From positions 1 to 51,125 of the IMG/VR virus record IMGVR_UViG_3300042851_000008: DNA of 51,125 nucleotides; one strand, written 5' to 3'. This stretch comes from a virus (lineage: Duplodnaviria; Caudoviricetes). This document shows, piece by piece, positions 35,279-43,441 of the stretch. The translations under genes were made by a program, and so were the position numbers. The notes under the pieces were generated by a model. The model saw only the letters and a program-made list of their open reading frames with translations, was not told the origin of the DNA and made no database searches. Every line of letters starts with the position of its first letter. The first letter of the stretch is position 1.

Positions 35279-35581
35279 CCGATGCGACGTCCCGCGACGC
35301 GCCCTTCCGAACAGCGCCCTCCCGAGCCGCCCCAATGAGACGAACCGTTCCTGGCCCTCCCGACCCGTGCCGATGCGACATCTCGTGCCATTCCGGCACC
35401 GAGCCGCGCCGATGCGACGATTCGCTCCCTTCCCTTCCCGCCCGGGCCGAGCCAACGCGACGAGCCTTTCCCGCCCGCGCCGTCCCATGCCGATGCGACT
35501 CGCCACCCCGGGCCAGCTCCGCCCGGCCCCGTCCGAGCCGATGCGACGAGCCTTCCCAAGCCCTCCCGTGCCCACGGCGAC
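35279..35581 (+). repeat. Array of seven units: 8-nt handle + (NNN-CC)5-9; putative guide-RNA array
   Basis: Handles at 35281, 35334, 35372, 35411, 35454, 35492, 35540 and 35574; spacings 53, 38, 39, 43, 38, 48, 34. 42 of 47 pentamers end in CC. Confidence 0.9.
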
Positions 35582-35606
35582 CTCTCACCATCTGGAAAGG
35601 CATCGC

Positions 35607-35813
35607 GTGACGCCCTGGAGCTACACCGGCCGCGCCCGCCAACTCCTCACCATCGTGCAAGACGACGAACGCACCCGCGCGGCAGACGAACTCCTCGCCG
35701 AAGTGCGCGACCGCAAAGACCAGGCGATCGAAGACCAGCAGTACGAGAAGGCGGCGTCCTATCGTGACGCCGAGCGGAAGGTCACCCACATCCTCCGCGA
35801 GGGCGCGGCGTGA
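35607..35813 (+). CDS. 68-aa UVR-domain protein resembling ClpC fragments
   Basis: DELLAEVRDRKDQAIEDQQYEKAASYRDAERKV matches the UVR/ClpC M-domain motif; GGAAAGG RBS. Confidence 0.8.
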   Translation: MTPWSYTGRARQLLTIVQDDERTRAADELLAEVRDRKDQAIEDQQYEKAASYRDAERKVTHILREGAA

Positions 35814-36133
35814 CCCCGGACCCGCCCGGGATGCTGGTCGTGATCGTCAGCCGCCACGCGCTCGAACGGGCCCGCGACCGCTACCGCGACCCCGCGATCA
35901 CGAAACAGAGCATCGCCCACGACATCCGCGAAGCCCTCACAGCAGGGCGCTACGCGAAGCATCATCCGGGCAACCACTCCGACCATCTGCCGCACGGTGC
36001 GACGTTCGCGTGGACGGGGGCGGGGCACCGCGTTTACATCTTCGCCAGGCAGCGGCATCGTGAGACCGGGAAGCCGTGCGTGGTTGTCCGGACGGCCGTG
36101 CTGGCCGGGCCCCGGCAGGTGGCGGCGGCGTGA
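35810..36133 (+). CDS. Hypothetical protein
   Basis: GTGA-coupled; VSRHALERARDRY motif. Confidence 0.65.
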   Translation: MTPDPPGMLVVIVSRHALERARDRYRDPAITKQSIAHDIREALTAGRYAKHHPGNHSDHLPHGATFAWTGAGHRVYIFARQRHRETGKPCVVVRTAVLAGPRQVAAA

Positions 36134-36410
36134 TCGACGAGTTCCCCCCGGATCTGACCCCGCGCGACGTGCTGGTCATCATGGCCGTCTGGGTCGTGGT
36201 CGCGTTCGTCGCGGCGGTCGTCATGTGCAAGTGGTGGCTGAGGTGACCGCCTCGAGGCGTCCTGATCGTTTGGGGATCCCGGAAACGACGGGCGGGGCAA
36301 CCCCTGGCAAGGGCAGCCTCGGTGACGCTCTCATCGTCGTCGCGTTTCTGGTCGTGCTGCTGGCGTGCGTCGGTGTTGTGTTCCTCGTCGCGTCGGGTCG
36401 GTTCTAACCC

Positions 36411-36767
36411 GTGGCGTCGTTGGCAGGCCAGGCTTCGCCGCGTCGCTCGCAGGTCGACCGGATCCTCGCTCTGCTTGCCGATGGTGACTGGTGGACGACG
36501 GGTCAGCTGCTGGCGAACGTGCCGTGCATCGTTCATTCGCGGATCGCGGAGTTGCGGTCGCGCGGCCATGTGATCGTGCATGAGCGGACGGGGTTCGGGG
36601 CTGCGGGGCATCGCTACCGGCTGTTGGGTGAGCCGTGTCCTACCGCGTCCCTTGGGGGCGACCCTGTCGCGGCTCGCTCGGTTTCTCTGGAGGGCGGCGC
36701 CGCGGTTGAAGCAGCGGGGGCATCGCCGCCCTCCGAGCCTGAGCAGCTGACCTTGGCGGTCGCCTGA
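36411..36767 (+). CDS. Winged-helix DNA-binding protein
   Basis: SQVDRILALLADG...SRIAELRSRGHVI...YRL. Confidence 0.7.
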   Translation: MASLAGQASPRRSQVDRILALLADGDWWTTGQLLANVPCIVHSRIAELRSRGHVIVHERTGFGAAGHRYRLLGEPCPTASLGGDPVAARSVSLEGGAAVEAAGASPPSEPEQLTLAVA

Positions 36768-36949
36768 TGTCCGCGAGGTGTGAGGAGTGTGGGAAGGCCA
36801 ACGCGATCATCCGCGAGCGGACCGACCCGAAGAACTTCCGGGCGATCCGCCGCCTGCTCTGCGGGCCGTGCGGGACGCGCCTCGGGTTCGCGTTGCCGTA
36901 CCCGCACAACGAGCGCGGCAGCGTCCTGAAAGTGAGCCGACCCGGATGA
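36767..36949 (+). CDS. Small Zn-finger protein
   Basis: CEEC...CGPC. Confidence 0.55.
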   Translation: MSARCEECGKANAIIRERTDPKNFRAIRRLLCGPCGTRLGFALPYPHNERGSVLKVSRPG

Positions 36950-37185
36950 CCGCCGTCGCCCTCGCCCGCGAGTACCGCCGCGCAGCCGTCACGACCGGCG
37001 AATGGGCCCGCACCCACGCCCTCACCTGCCCCCACTGCGGCAGCGACCAATGGAACATCACCCTCGTCGGCCGCCGCACCATCGACGCCCTCTGCGAGAC
37101 GTGCCGGCAGCCGTTCGAGCTCGACGAAGCCAGCGCGCTCGCCACGGTCCGGCGGCTCCATCCCACTCTCAACGAAAGGACGTAG
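36946..37185 (+). CDS. Small Zn-ribbon protein
   Basis: CPHC...CETC; ATGA-coupled. Confidence 0.6.
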   Translation: MTAVALAREYRRAAVTTGEWARTHALTCPHCGSDQWNITLVGRRTIDALCETCRQPFELDEASALATVRRLHPTLNERT

Positions 37186-37457
37186 TGCGCCGCATCCTGA
37201 CCGTCTACCTCGAGACCGTCGCCGACCTCAGAGAACCCACCTGGGCTGACCTGCTCGAAGCGATCCGCATGGGCCACATCGACAAGGCGGCCGTCCTCGA
37301 CAGCCTCGTCCCGAACCTCCAAGACATCACCGACGCCCGCGCAATCCTCGAAGGCACCGCCACCGTCGCCACACGACCCACCGCATACCGGCCCGGAACT
37401 GGCGGCGGCTTCGTCGGCGAGATCATCGACGAACTCACCGGAAGGACAAAGGTATGA
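37185..37457 (+). CDS. Hypothetical protein
   Basis: TAGTG-coupled start after GAAAGGA. Confidence 0.6.
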   Translation: MRRILTVYLETVADLREPTWADLLEAIRMGHIDKAAVLDSLVPNLQDITDARAILEGTATVATRPTAYRPGTGGGFVGEIIDELTGRTKV

Positions 37458-38563
37458 CCGCCCAGCCCGGCACCGCCCTCGAACCCCGCGACGCCGCCCG
37501 CGACCTCGCCAACACCATCCGCGGCGACCAGTTCAAGCAGCAGGTCGCCGTCGCGCTCCCCGAAGGGGTCAACCCCGACCGGTTCGTCCGGATCATGGCG
37601 ACGGCGCTGCTCGACAAGCCCGAGATCGCCGTTCAGTGCGACATCAACTCGATCTTCCAAGCCGGGTTGAAGGCCGCGCAGGACGGGCTCCTTCCTGATG
37701 GACGCGAGGCCGCGTTCGCGGTGTTCGGCGACCAGTGCGTCTACATGCCTATGGTCGGCGGGTTCCGCAAGATCGCTGCCGAGTACGGCTGGTCGCTCCG
37801 CACCGCCGTCGTGTACGCCAACGACGCGTTCGAGTACGAAGAGGGGGAAGAGCCGCACCTCATCCACCGGCCCGTCCGGCCGGGTGCGGAGCAGGGCGCG
37901 AAGATCGCTGCATACGCGGTCGCGCAGCACAAGGACGGCCGCCGACTGTTCGAGGTCATGGATGCCGCCGCCGTTTTGAAGCGCAAGGCGGTCGCCCGCA
38001 CGAAGAAGGTGTGGGACCAGTGGGAAGAGACGATGTGGGAGAAAACGCCTGCGAGGCGGCTCTTCGGAAAACTGCCTTTGGATGAGGCCGACCGGGCGCG
38101 TGTCGAGCGTGTGCTCCAGGCGTCCGCGCTCGAGCCTGGCGAGGCGGCCCGCACCATGTACGGCGACGAGGACCGAACGCAGCTTCCGCAGATTCCGCCG
38201 GCCTCTGACCCCGAGCCGGTGGACGGCGAGGTCGGCGCAACCGGCGGCGAGGAGCACTTCCCCGAAGACGCTCCCGCCGCCGCGACCCCGCCCGCCGACT
38301 TCGCAGACGACGCACCCACCAGCACGTTCGAGCCGCCCGCGTCCGTCCGCCAACAGACGGAGCCGTCGCAGACCGACCTGCTCACCGCCCAAGCCGGCGA
38401 GGTCCGGTTCCACGCGAACACGAAACAGCACGGCGGCAAGACGATCGCGGAGGTGTGGCACGACGACCCCATGTTCATCCGGAAGACAGTTGAGCAGGCG
38501 ATCCGGCCCGAGTTGAAGGAGGCGGCGCGCACGTACCTGGCGGCGATGGAGGCGAAGGCGTGA
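37454..38563 (+). CDS. recT: RecT-family ssDNA annealing protein
   Basis: PDRFVRI, AAQDGLLPDGREA, YMPMVGG, VYANDAF, WETMWEKT. Confidence 0.9.
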   Translation: MTAQPGTALEPRDAARDLANTIRGDQFKQQVAVALPEGVNPDRFVRIMATALLDKPEIAVQCDINSIFQAGLKAAQDGLLPDGREAAFAVFGDQCVYMPMVGGFRKIAAEYGWSLRTAVVYANDAFEYEEGEEPHLIHRPVRPGAEQGAKIAAYAVAQHKDGRRLFEVMDAAAVLKRKAVARTKKVWDQWEETMWEKTPARRLFGKLPLDEADRARVERVLQASALEPGEAARTMYGDEDRTQLPQIPPASDPEPVDGEVGATGGEEHFPEDAPAAATPPADFADDAPTSTFEPPASVRQQTEPSQTDLLTAQAGEVRFHANTKQHGGKTIAEVWHDDPMFIRKTVEQAIRPELKEAARTYLAAMEAKA

Positions 38564-38913
38564 GCGTTCCGACCGCGCAAGTCAGCTTCCTCCGCATCCC
38601 GATCTCGCTGCCATGCCCCGTGCCAGTCCTGCCTGGCACACCGACAACGATGGACGAAGAGGGAGAGCCGATCCCGGTGGCCGAGCGCACCGAGAAGTGT
38701 GCCGTGGACGCCTGGTGGATGATCGGCGCCCAGGTCACCTGCGACGTGCATCTCCGCGAAGCGTGCGGCCTGCTCGACCTCGACTTCGACGGCATCGTGG
38801 AAGAGGCGACCTGCGGGCGCGGCCTGAACATGCGCGAGCTGCAGCCGTGGGGCGAGCGGCACCGGTACGCGCAGGATGATCCGGCGCTCAAGACGGCGGA
38901 GACCGGGGCGTGA
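38560..38913 (+). CDS. Hypothetical protein
   Basis: GTGA-coupled on both ends. Confidence 0.65.
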   Translation: MSVPTAQVSFLRIPISLPCPVPVLPGTPTTMDEEGEPIPVAERTEKCAVDAWWMIGAQVTCDVHLREACGLLDLDFDGIVEEATCGRGLNMRELQPWGERHRYAQDDPALKTAETGA

Positions 38914-39086
38914 GCGACTTCGAGCAGGCCGGGGAGCAGCACTCCTCAGTGGCTGTCTCGATGACCGCAAAAGGCGAAGCGACCGTCACCGTCAAGGCGT
39001 ACACCCATGACCTCGACACGCTCGACGCGGCCCGGGAGAAGGCCGTGCAGGTCTACAACGACACCGTCCGGCAGGTGCGCTCATGA
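38910..39086 (+). CDS. 58-aa hypothetical protein
   Basis: MSDFEQAGEQHSSVAVSMTAKGEATVTVKAY...; coupled on both ends. Confidence 0.65.
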   Translation: MSDFEQAGEQHSSVAVSMTAKGEATVTVKAYTHDLDTLDAAREKAVQVYNDTVRQVRS

Positions 39087-40381
39087 AGATCCTCTGCACC
39101 GGCGATCTCCACCTGGGCGCGGGCGCGGATTATGGGCGTGAGCCCAGCGACCGCCTCCGCGACCAGGAGAACGTGCTCGTGAGCATCGCCCAGGTCGCAC
39201 GGGAGGAGGACGTCGACGTCGTTCTGATCGCCGGCGATGTGTTCGACCGGCCGCGTCCTGACCCGGACGTGCTCCGCGTGTTCGACCGTTTCGTTGACCG
39301 TGTGACGGACGATTCGCTCGGCATCGACTGCGACGTGCTCGCCATCACTGGCAACGCCGGCCACGACGTCAGGAACGCGGAGACGTACGCGGCGCTCGAG
39401 CTCTTCGCGCGTCGCATCGACGTTCGCCGGATGCCCGCCCTGTGGCAGACGCGCGGCTTGGCGGTCGCGACGCTTCCCTCGGTGCCGGTGTCCCGACTGG
39501 TCGCGAGCAGGAACGGCGGCGACCGCTCAGCGATTCATCAGGACGCCGCCGACTACCTCGTGCAGGTCGCCAGGGATCTGCGCGCGGAGATCCCCGAAGG
39601 CACACCGGCCATTCTGCTCGGCCACTGGAGCGTGTCGGGTGCGAGCCTCCCGAACGGGCTGCCCACCGACGCACTGAACGAGCCTGTGCTGCCCCTGGAG
39701 GATCTCGCTGGCCTGGGCTTCGATGCCATCGCGCTCGGCCACATACACCGCTCGCAGATGCTCTACCGCCGCCCCGAGATCTTCTACGTGGGCTCACCGA
39801 TGCCGCTCAACTTTGGCGAGGTCGAGCCTGCGACCGTCATGCCCGGGTCGTACCACGGCGTCACGATCCTCGACAACGCGCACGGCTATTTCGAGGCGCG
39901 ACATGTGGCGATCGAGTCGCGCGCGTTCGTGACCATCGCCGCCGACCTCACCCGTGCGCACGAAGCTGATGCTTCCCCGGTCACGCATGACGGTCAGTTT
40001 GACACTTCCGATTTCGGCCCCTCAAATGAGGGAGCAAAACCGGAAGGGCTCGAACCGACCAACATCATCGCGGCCGCCTGCGAGGAGCATTTCCCGCTCG
40101 ACGAGGCGATCGTGCGCCTGCGGGTCAAGGCGACGGCCGAGCAGTGGCGCCGAGTCGACCAGGCGGCTTTGCGACGTTTGTGCATCGACGCGGGGACCTC
40201 GAAGATCTATGCCATATCCGCTGACGTGGTTCGCGAGGACCGGGCGCGGGTGGCGGGGTTGGACGAGTCGATCGACGAACTCGGCGCCCTGGACGCCTAT
40301 ATCGAGGCGAACCAGCTGAACGGGAAGGCTGACGCGCTCAGGGAGCGGACGGCCCGGTATCTCGAGGAGACGCGCGCGTGA
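39083..40381 (+). CDS. sbcD: SbcD/Mre11-family nuclease
   Basis: GDLHLG, IAGDVFD, GNAGHD, ALGHIH, YVGSP...FGE. Confidence 0.92.
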   Translation: MKILCTGDLHLGAGADYGREPSDRLRDQENVLVSIAQVAREEDVDVVLIAGDVFDRPRPDPDVLRVFDRFVDRVTDDSLGIDCDVLAITGNAGHDVRNAETYAALELFARRIDVRRMPALWQTRGLAVATLPSVPVSRLVASRNGGDRSAIHQDAADYLVQVARDLRAEIPEGTPAILLGHWSVSGASLPNGLPTDALNEPVLPLEDLAGLGFDAIALGHIHRSQMLYRRPEIFYVGSPMPLNFGEVEPATVMPGSYHGVTILDNAHGYFEARHVAIESRAFVTIAADLTRAHEADASPVTHDGQFDTSDFGPSNEGAKPEGLEPTNIIAAACEEHFPLDEAIVRLRVKATAEQWRRVDQAALRRLCIDAGTSKIYAISADVVREDRARVAGLDESIDELGALDAYIEANQLNGKADALRERTARYLEETRA

Positions 40382-40545
40382 GCGAGTACCTGCCCGTCGA
40401 CGAGCGCGACCCCGTTCTCCTGTTCGCCTACGGCCTCGTCGCCCTCTCTACGTTCGTCTCGTCTTACAGCCAGCACAGGAACACGATCGAGTTCAAGACG
40501 AGCGACGGTGGCGAATACCGCATCACGATCGAGGCGAAGAATTGA
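40378..40545 (+). CDS. 55-aa hypothetical protein
   Basis: Fills the sbcD-sbcC gap with 4-nt overlaps. Confidence 0.6.
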   Translation: MSEYLPVDERDPVLLFAYGLVALSTFVSSYSQHRNTIEFKTSDGGEYRITIEAKN

Positions 40546-42812
40546 ACCCGCTCAGGATCCGCTGTGAGAACTACCGCAGCTTCCACGACCTCGACCTGCA
40601 GCTGCCGACCGGCACCCTCGCTATCCTCGGAGCCAACGGCGCCGGAAAATCGAGCATTGTGAACGTGCTCGAGCTGGCGTTGTTCGGCCCGCCGTCCCGC
40701 AACCTCGGCGACTACCTCACGGATGGGGCGGTCGGGGATCTGATGGTGGAGCTGGAGCTGGAGCATCGCGGCGACCTGTACCGGGTGCGGCGCAGCTACT
40801 CGGCGCGCGGCCGTGGCTCGGCCAAAGTCGACTTCGAGTACGTCATGCCTTTGATCCCGGACCCCGATGAGGAGTACGACGAGGGTGTCGTACCTGGCTC
40901 GCATTGGGCACCGCTGACGCGCGAGACCGCCGCCGAGACTCAGGCTCTGATCGAGCAGACGCTCGGACTCTCCCGCGCCACCTTCCGGGCCAGCGCGTTC
41001 CTCGCGCAAGGCGACGGCGCCGCCTTCACGGAAGCCAGCCCCCGCGACCGCAAGGCGATCCTTGCCGAGTGCGTCGGCCTCGACCAATGGGACCGCCTCC
41101 ACGCCCGCGTCAAAACCGACCGTGCCGCCGCCGAATCCGAAGTGAGCCGCGGCACCCTCGCGATCGAGCAGGCCACCGAAGAACTCACCTACCGCAAAGA
41201 CACGATCACGGAACGCGACGCCGCCGACAGCGCCCGCGGCCTCCTTGCCGCCAAGCTCGACGCCGACCTCCAGAACGTGCACACCTGGGAAGAGCGGCTC
41301 AGCACGGCGCAGGTCGCACGGGAGAAGCGGGCGGCCGTGGAGGAGCGATGCCTCGCCGCCCGCGCAGCCGTCGCAGCCGCTGAGAGTCGAGAAACGAAGC
41401 TCGCTGTCGAGCGGGAGCATGACCTCCTCTACGCCCTCGCCCGTCGCCCAATGCTCGCAGAGCGGGCAGAGACGCAGGGAGCGCGCGAAGCCGAGCACGC
41501 CGACCTCGTCAAAGCTACGCACGAATACGCGAGCGCCGAACGGGAAGTCGCGCAAGCCGTAGCCGAACACGAGCGCCTCACCATCGAACGAACCCGCCTC
41601 CTCGACGAAGCGAATGCCCTCGACGAAAAGGCCCGCGCGGATAGCGCCGCAGCCGAGCAGATGCTCGAAGCCGACGCCCCGACCTGCCAGACCTGCGGAC
41701 AGGAACTCGAAGGCGACGCGCGCGGCCGCGCCGTCGACGCGCTGATCGAGGCGGCCGCCACGGGCGAGGCTCGCGCTGTCACCCTCCGGTCGCAGGCGCA
41801 CGACCTCGAAGCGTTCATCAACGAGCAGAAGCCCATCGCCGGCCGGGCCCTCACCCCGCCCGACCCGGAACGCACAGCCACGGCCCTCGCTCAACTCCGT
41901 GCCGCCCGCGACGCAACCACCCAGCTCGCCGCCCTCGACGTGAAAGCCGAGCGGCTCGCGGTCGTCGACGCTGCCCTCGTCACGCTCCGCGACGAGCGGC
42001 CAGCCCTCGACACAGCGCTCGCGCAGGCCACCGCCGACCTTGAAGCCCTCGGCGCCGCCCCCGCGATCGCCGCCGTCCAAGCCAGCCTCGACGAAGCCAA
42101 GGAAACCACGAACCGCCGCCGCACCGAACTCGCCCAGGTCGACCGGCAAATCGCCCGCTGCGACGAACGCCTCGAACGCTACGCCACCCTCACCGCCCAA
42201 ATCGTCGAACGCCGCGAAGGCATCGCAGCAGCACAAGCCGAGCTCGACCTCTGCCTCACCCTCGAGAAAGCGTACGGCCGCGACGGCATCCCCGCCCTCA
42301 TCGTCGAGAACGCCGCCATCCCGCAGATCGAAGCGGAAGCGAACCGGATCCTGCAGGAGCTCGGCACCGACTACCGCGTCGAACTCCAAACCCAGCGGGC
42401 GCTCAAGAGCGGGGAGGGCTTCAAGGACACGCTCGACATCGTCGTGTGGGCAGGCAGCGCCGCACGGCCTTACGAGACGTTCAGCGGCGGCGAACGGACC
42501 CGTCTGAACCTGGCTTTGCGGATCGCGCTCGCCAGGCTGCTCGCGCACCGCCGCGGCGCCGAGGTGCGCATGCTTTGCATCGACGAGCCCGAGTTCCTCG
42601 ATGAGCAAGGGACGGCCGCCCTCGCCACGATGCTCCAAGGTCTGGCCGGCGACTTCGACCGGATCCTCCTCGTCTCGCACCACCCCTCTCTACGTGACGC
42701 GTTCGAGCAGTCCCTCGAAGTGGTGAAGGACGGCGACCGGTCCCGTGTTGTCGGCGCTGACAGGGAGCCAGTGTCGGCGTTTCTGCGGGGCGAGAAAGCA
42801 CAGGCAGCATGA
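40542..42812 (+). CDS. sbcC: SbcC/Rad50-family ATPase
   Basis: GANGAGKSS, Q-loop FLAQG, Zn hook CQTC, FSGGE, CIDEP, VSHH. Confidence 0.93.
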   Translation: MNPLRIRCENYRSFHDLDLQLPTGTLAILGANGAGKSSIVNVLELALFGPPSRNLGDYLTDGAVGDLMVELELEHRGDLYRVRRSYSARGRGSAKVDFEYVMPLIPDPDEEYDEGVVPGSHWAPLTRETAAETQALIEQTLGLSRATFRASAFLAQGDGAAFTEASPRDRKAILAECVGLDQWDRLHARVKTDRAAAESEVSRGTLAIEQATEELTYRKDTITERDAADSARGLLAAKLDADLQNVHTWEERLSTAQVAREKRAAVEERCLAARAAVAAAESRETKLAVEREHDLLYALARRPMLAERAETQGAREAEHADLVKATHEYASAEREVAQAVAEHERLTIERTRLLDEANALDEKARADSAAAEQMLEADAPTCQTCGQELEGDARGRAVDALIEAAATGEARAVTLRSQAHDLEAFINEQKPIAGRALTPPDPERTATALAQLRAARDATTQLAALDVKAERLAVVDAALVTLRDERPALDTALAQATADLEALGAAPAIAAVQASLDEAKETTNRRRTELAQVDRQIARCDERLERYATLTAQIVERREGIAAAQAELDLCLTLEKAYGRDGIPALIVENAAIPQIEAEANRILQELGTDYRVELQTQRALKSGEGFKDTLDIVVWAGSAARPYETFSGGERTRLNLALRIALARLLAHRRGAEVRMLCIDEPEFLDEQGTAALATMLQGLAGDFDRILLVSHHPSLRDAFEQSLEVVKDGDRSRVVGADREPVSAFLRGEKAQAA

Positions 42813-42945
42813 CCCGCTACTTCGATCCTCTGACGCACAACGGACGCTGGGTCGGCCGTTGGATCGAGGAGGCCGCGATCGCGGTTGAGCGCGGGGCGAT
42901 CTGGGTTCAGAAGGGGGCGGCATGGCTTCGATGGCGACGCTGGTG

Positions 42946-42979
42946 ACGCTCTCAATGGCCCCGGTTGCTTTTCACACGG
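42946..42979 (-). repeat. ~34-bp dispersed site, copy A
   Basis: Reverse complement CCGTGTGAAAAGCAACCGGGGCCATTGAGAGCGT. Confidence 0.8.
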
Positions 42980-43111
42980 AGCCCCACAGGGGCGACTCCT
43001 AATGCTGTTCGCCCTTCCCGCCGTGCTGCTCGTGGTCGGCTTCCTGGCTTACGTTCTCGGGCGGGCGGATGAGCGTCGAAGGTATTTGGGGCGTCGTGGG
43101 GGGATGCTGCC

Positions 43112-43441
43112 ATGACACGGAACGAGCTTTCGGAGGCGGCAGAGCCGCCCGTGTCAAAGGCAACCGGGGCGGAGGAAGGCAGGGGCTCTAAGCGCGCGCT
43201 TTGCCTGAGCTTGGCGGCGGGCATCGTTGGGACCCTCAGGCGGTCAAACGCGGCCTGGGCGGAACGTACCGGCGAGCCTTCTACCGTCTCCGAGTGGGAG
43301 TACGTCAAGGCACAAGACGAAATCGAAGCCAAGCTCCTGAAGCTCGCTGGTCTTGACAAGGAGCGGAGGGCGACACAGCCCGCAGCGACTCTTGGTTCAG
43401 ACTCTTCTGGTTCTGCTGCTGGTGGGGGGATGCTGCGATGA
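43112..43441 (+). CDS. Hypothetical protein
   Basis: ATGA-coupled on both ends. Confidence 0.55.
   Translation: MTRNELSEAAEPPVSKATGAEEGRGSKRALCLSLAAGIVGTLRRSNAAWAERTGEPSTVSEWEYVKAQDEIEAKLLKLAGLDKERRATQPAATLGSDSSGSAAGGGMLR
43149..43182 (+). repeat. ~34-bp dispersed site, copy B
   Basis: CCGTGTCAAAGGCAACCGGGGCGGAGGAAGGCAG. Confidence 0.75.

Noticed and set aside
35279-35581. Canonical CRISPR array
   Set aside because: The constant part is only 8-10 nt and non-palindromic, the 'spacers' have internal 5-nt CC periodicity, and no cas1/cas2/cas6 is present. Reported as a distinct array type instead.
35139-35789. Several overlapping ORFs across the array (35275-35559, 35335-35610, 35367-35606, 34910-35575)
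   Set aside because: Low-complexity Arg/Pro/Gly translations. A 5-nt period does not fit codon structure, so these are by-products of a stop-poor repeat.
40464-42683. Long antisense ORFs (739 aa here; also 27056-28450, 37205-38461 and others)
   Set aside because: Shadow frames of clear + strand genes in high-GC DNA, with no recognisable motifs.
42774-42797. Self-target for array unit 4 (DALLRGE) at the sbcC 3' end (SAFLRGEK)
   Set aside because: Only a partial match (first and third triplets differ at positions 1-2); expected by chance in 51 kb of GC-rich DNA.
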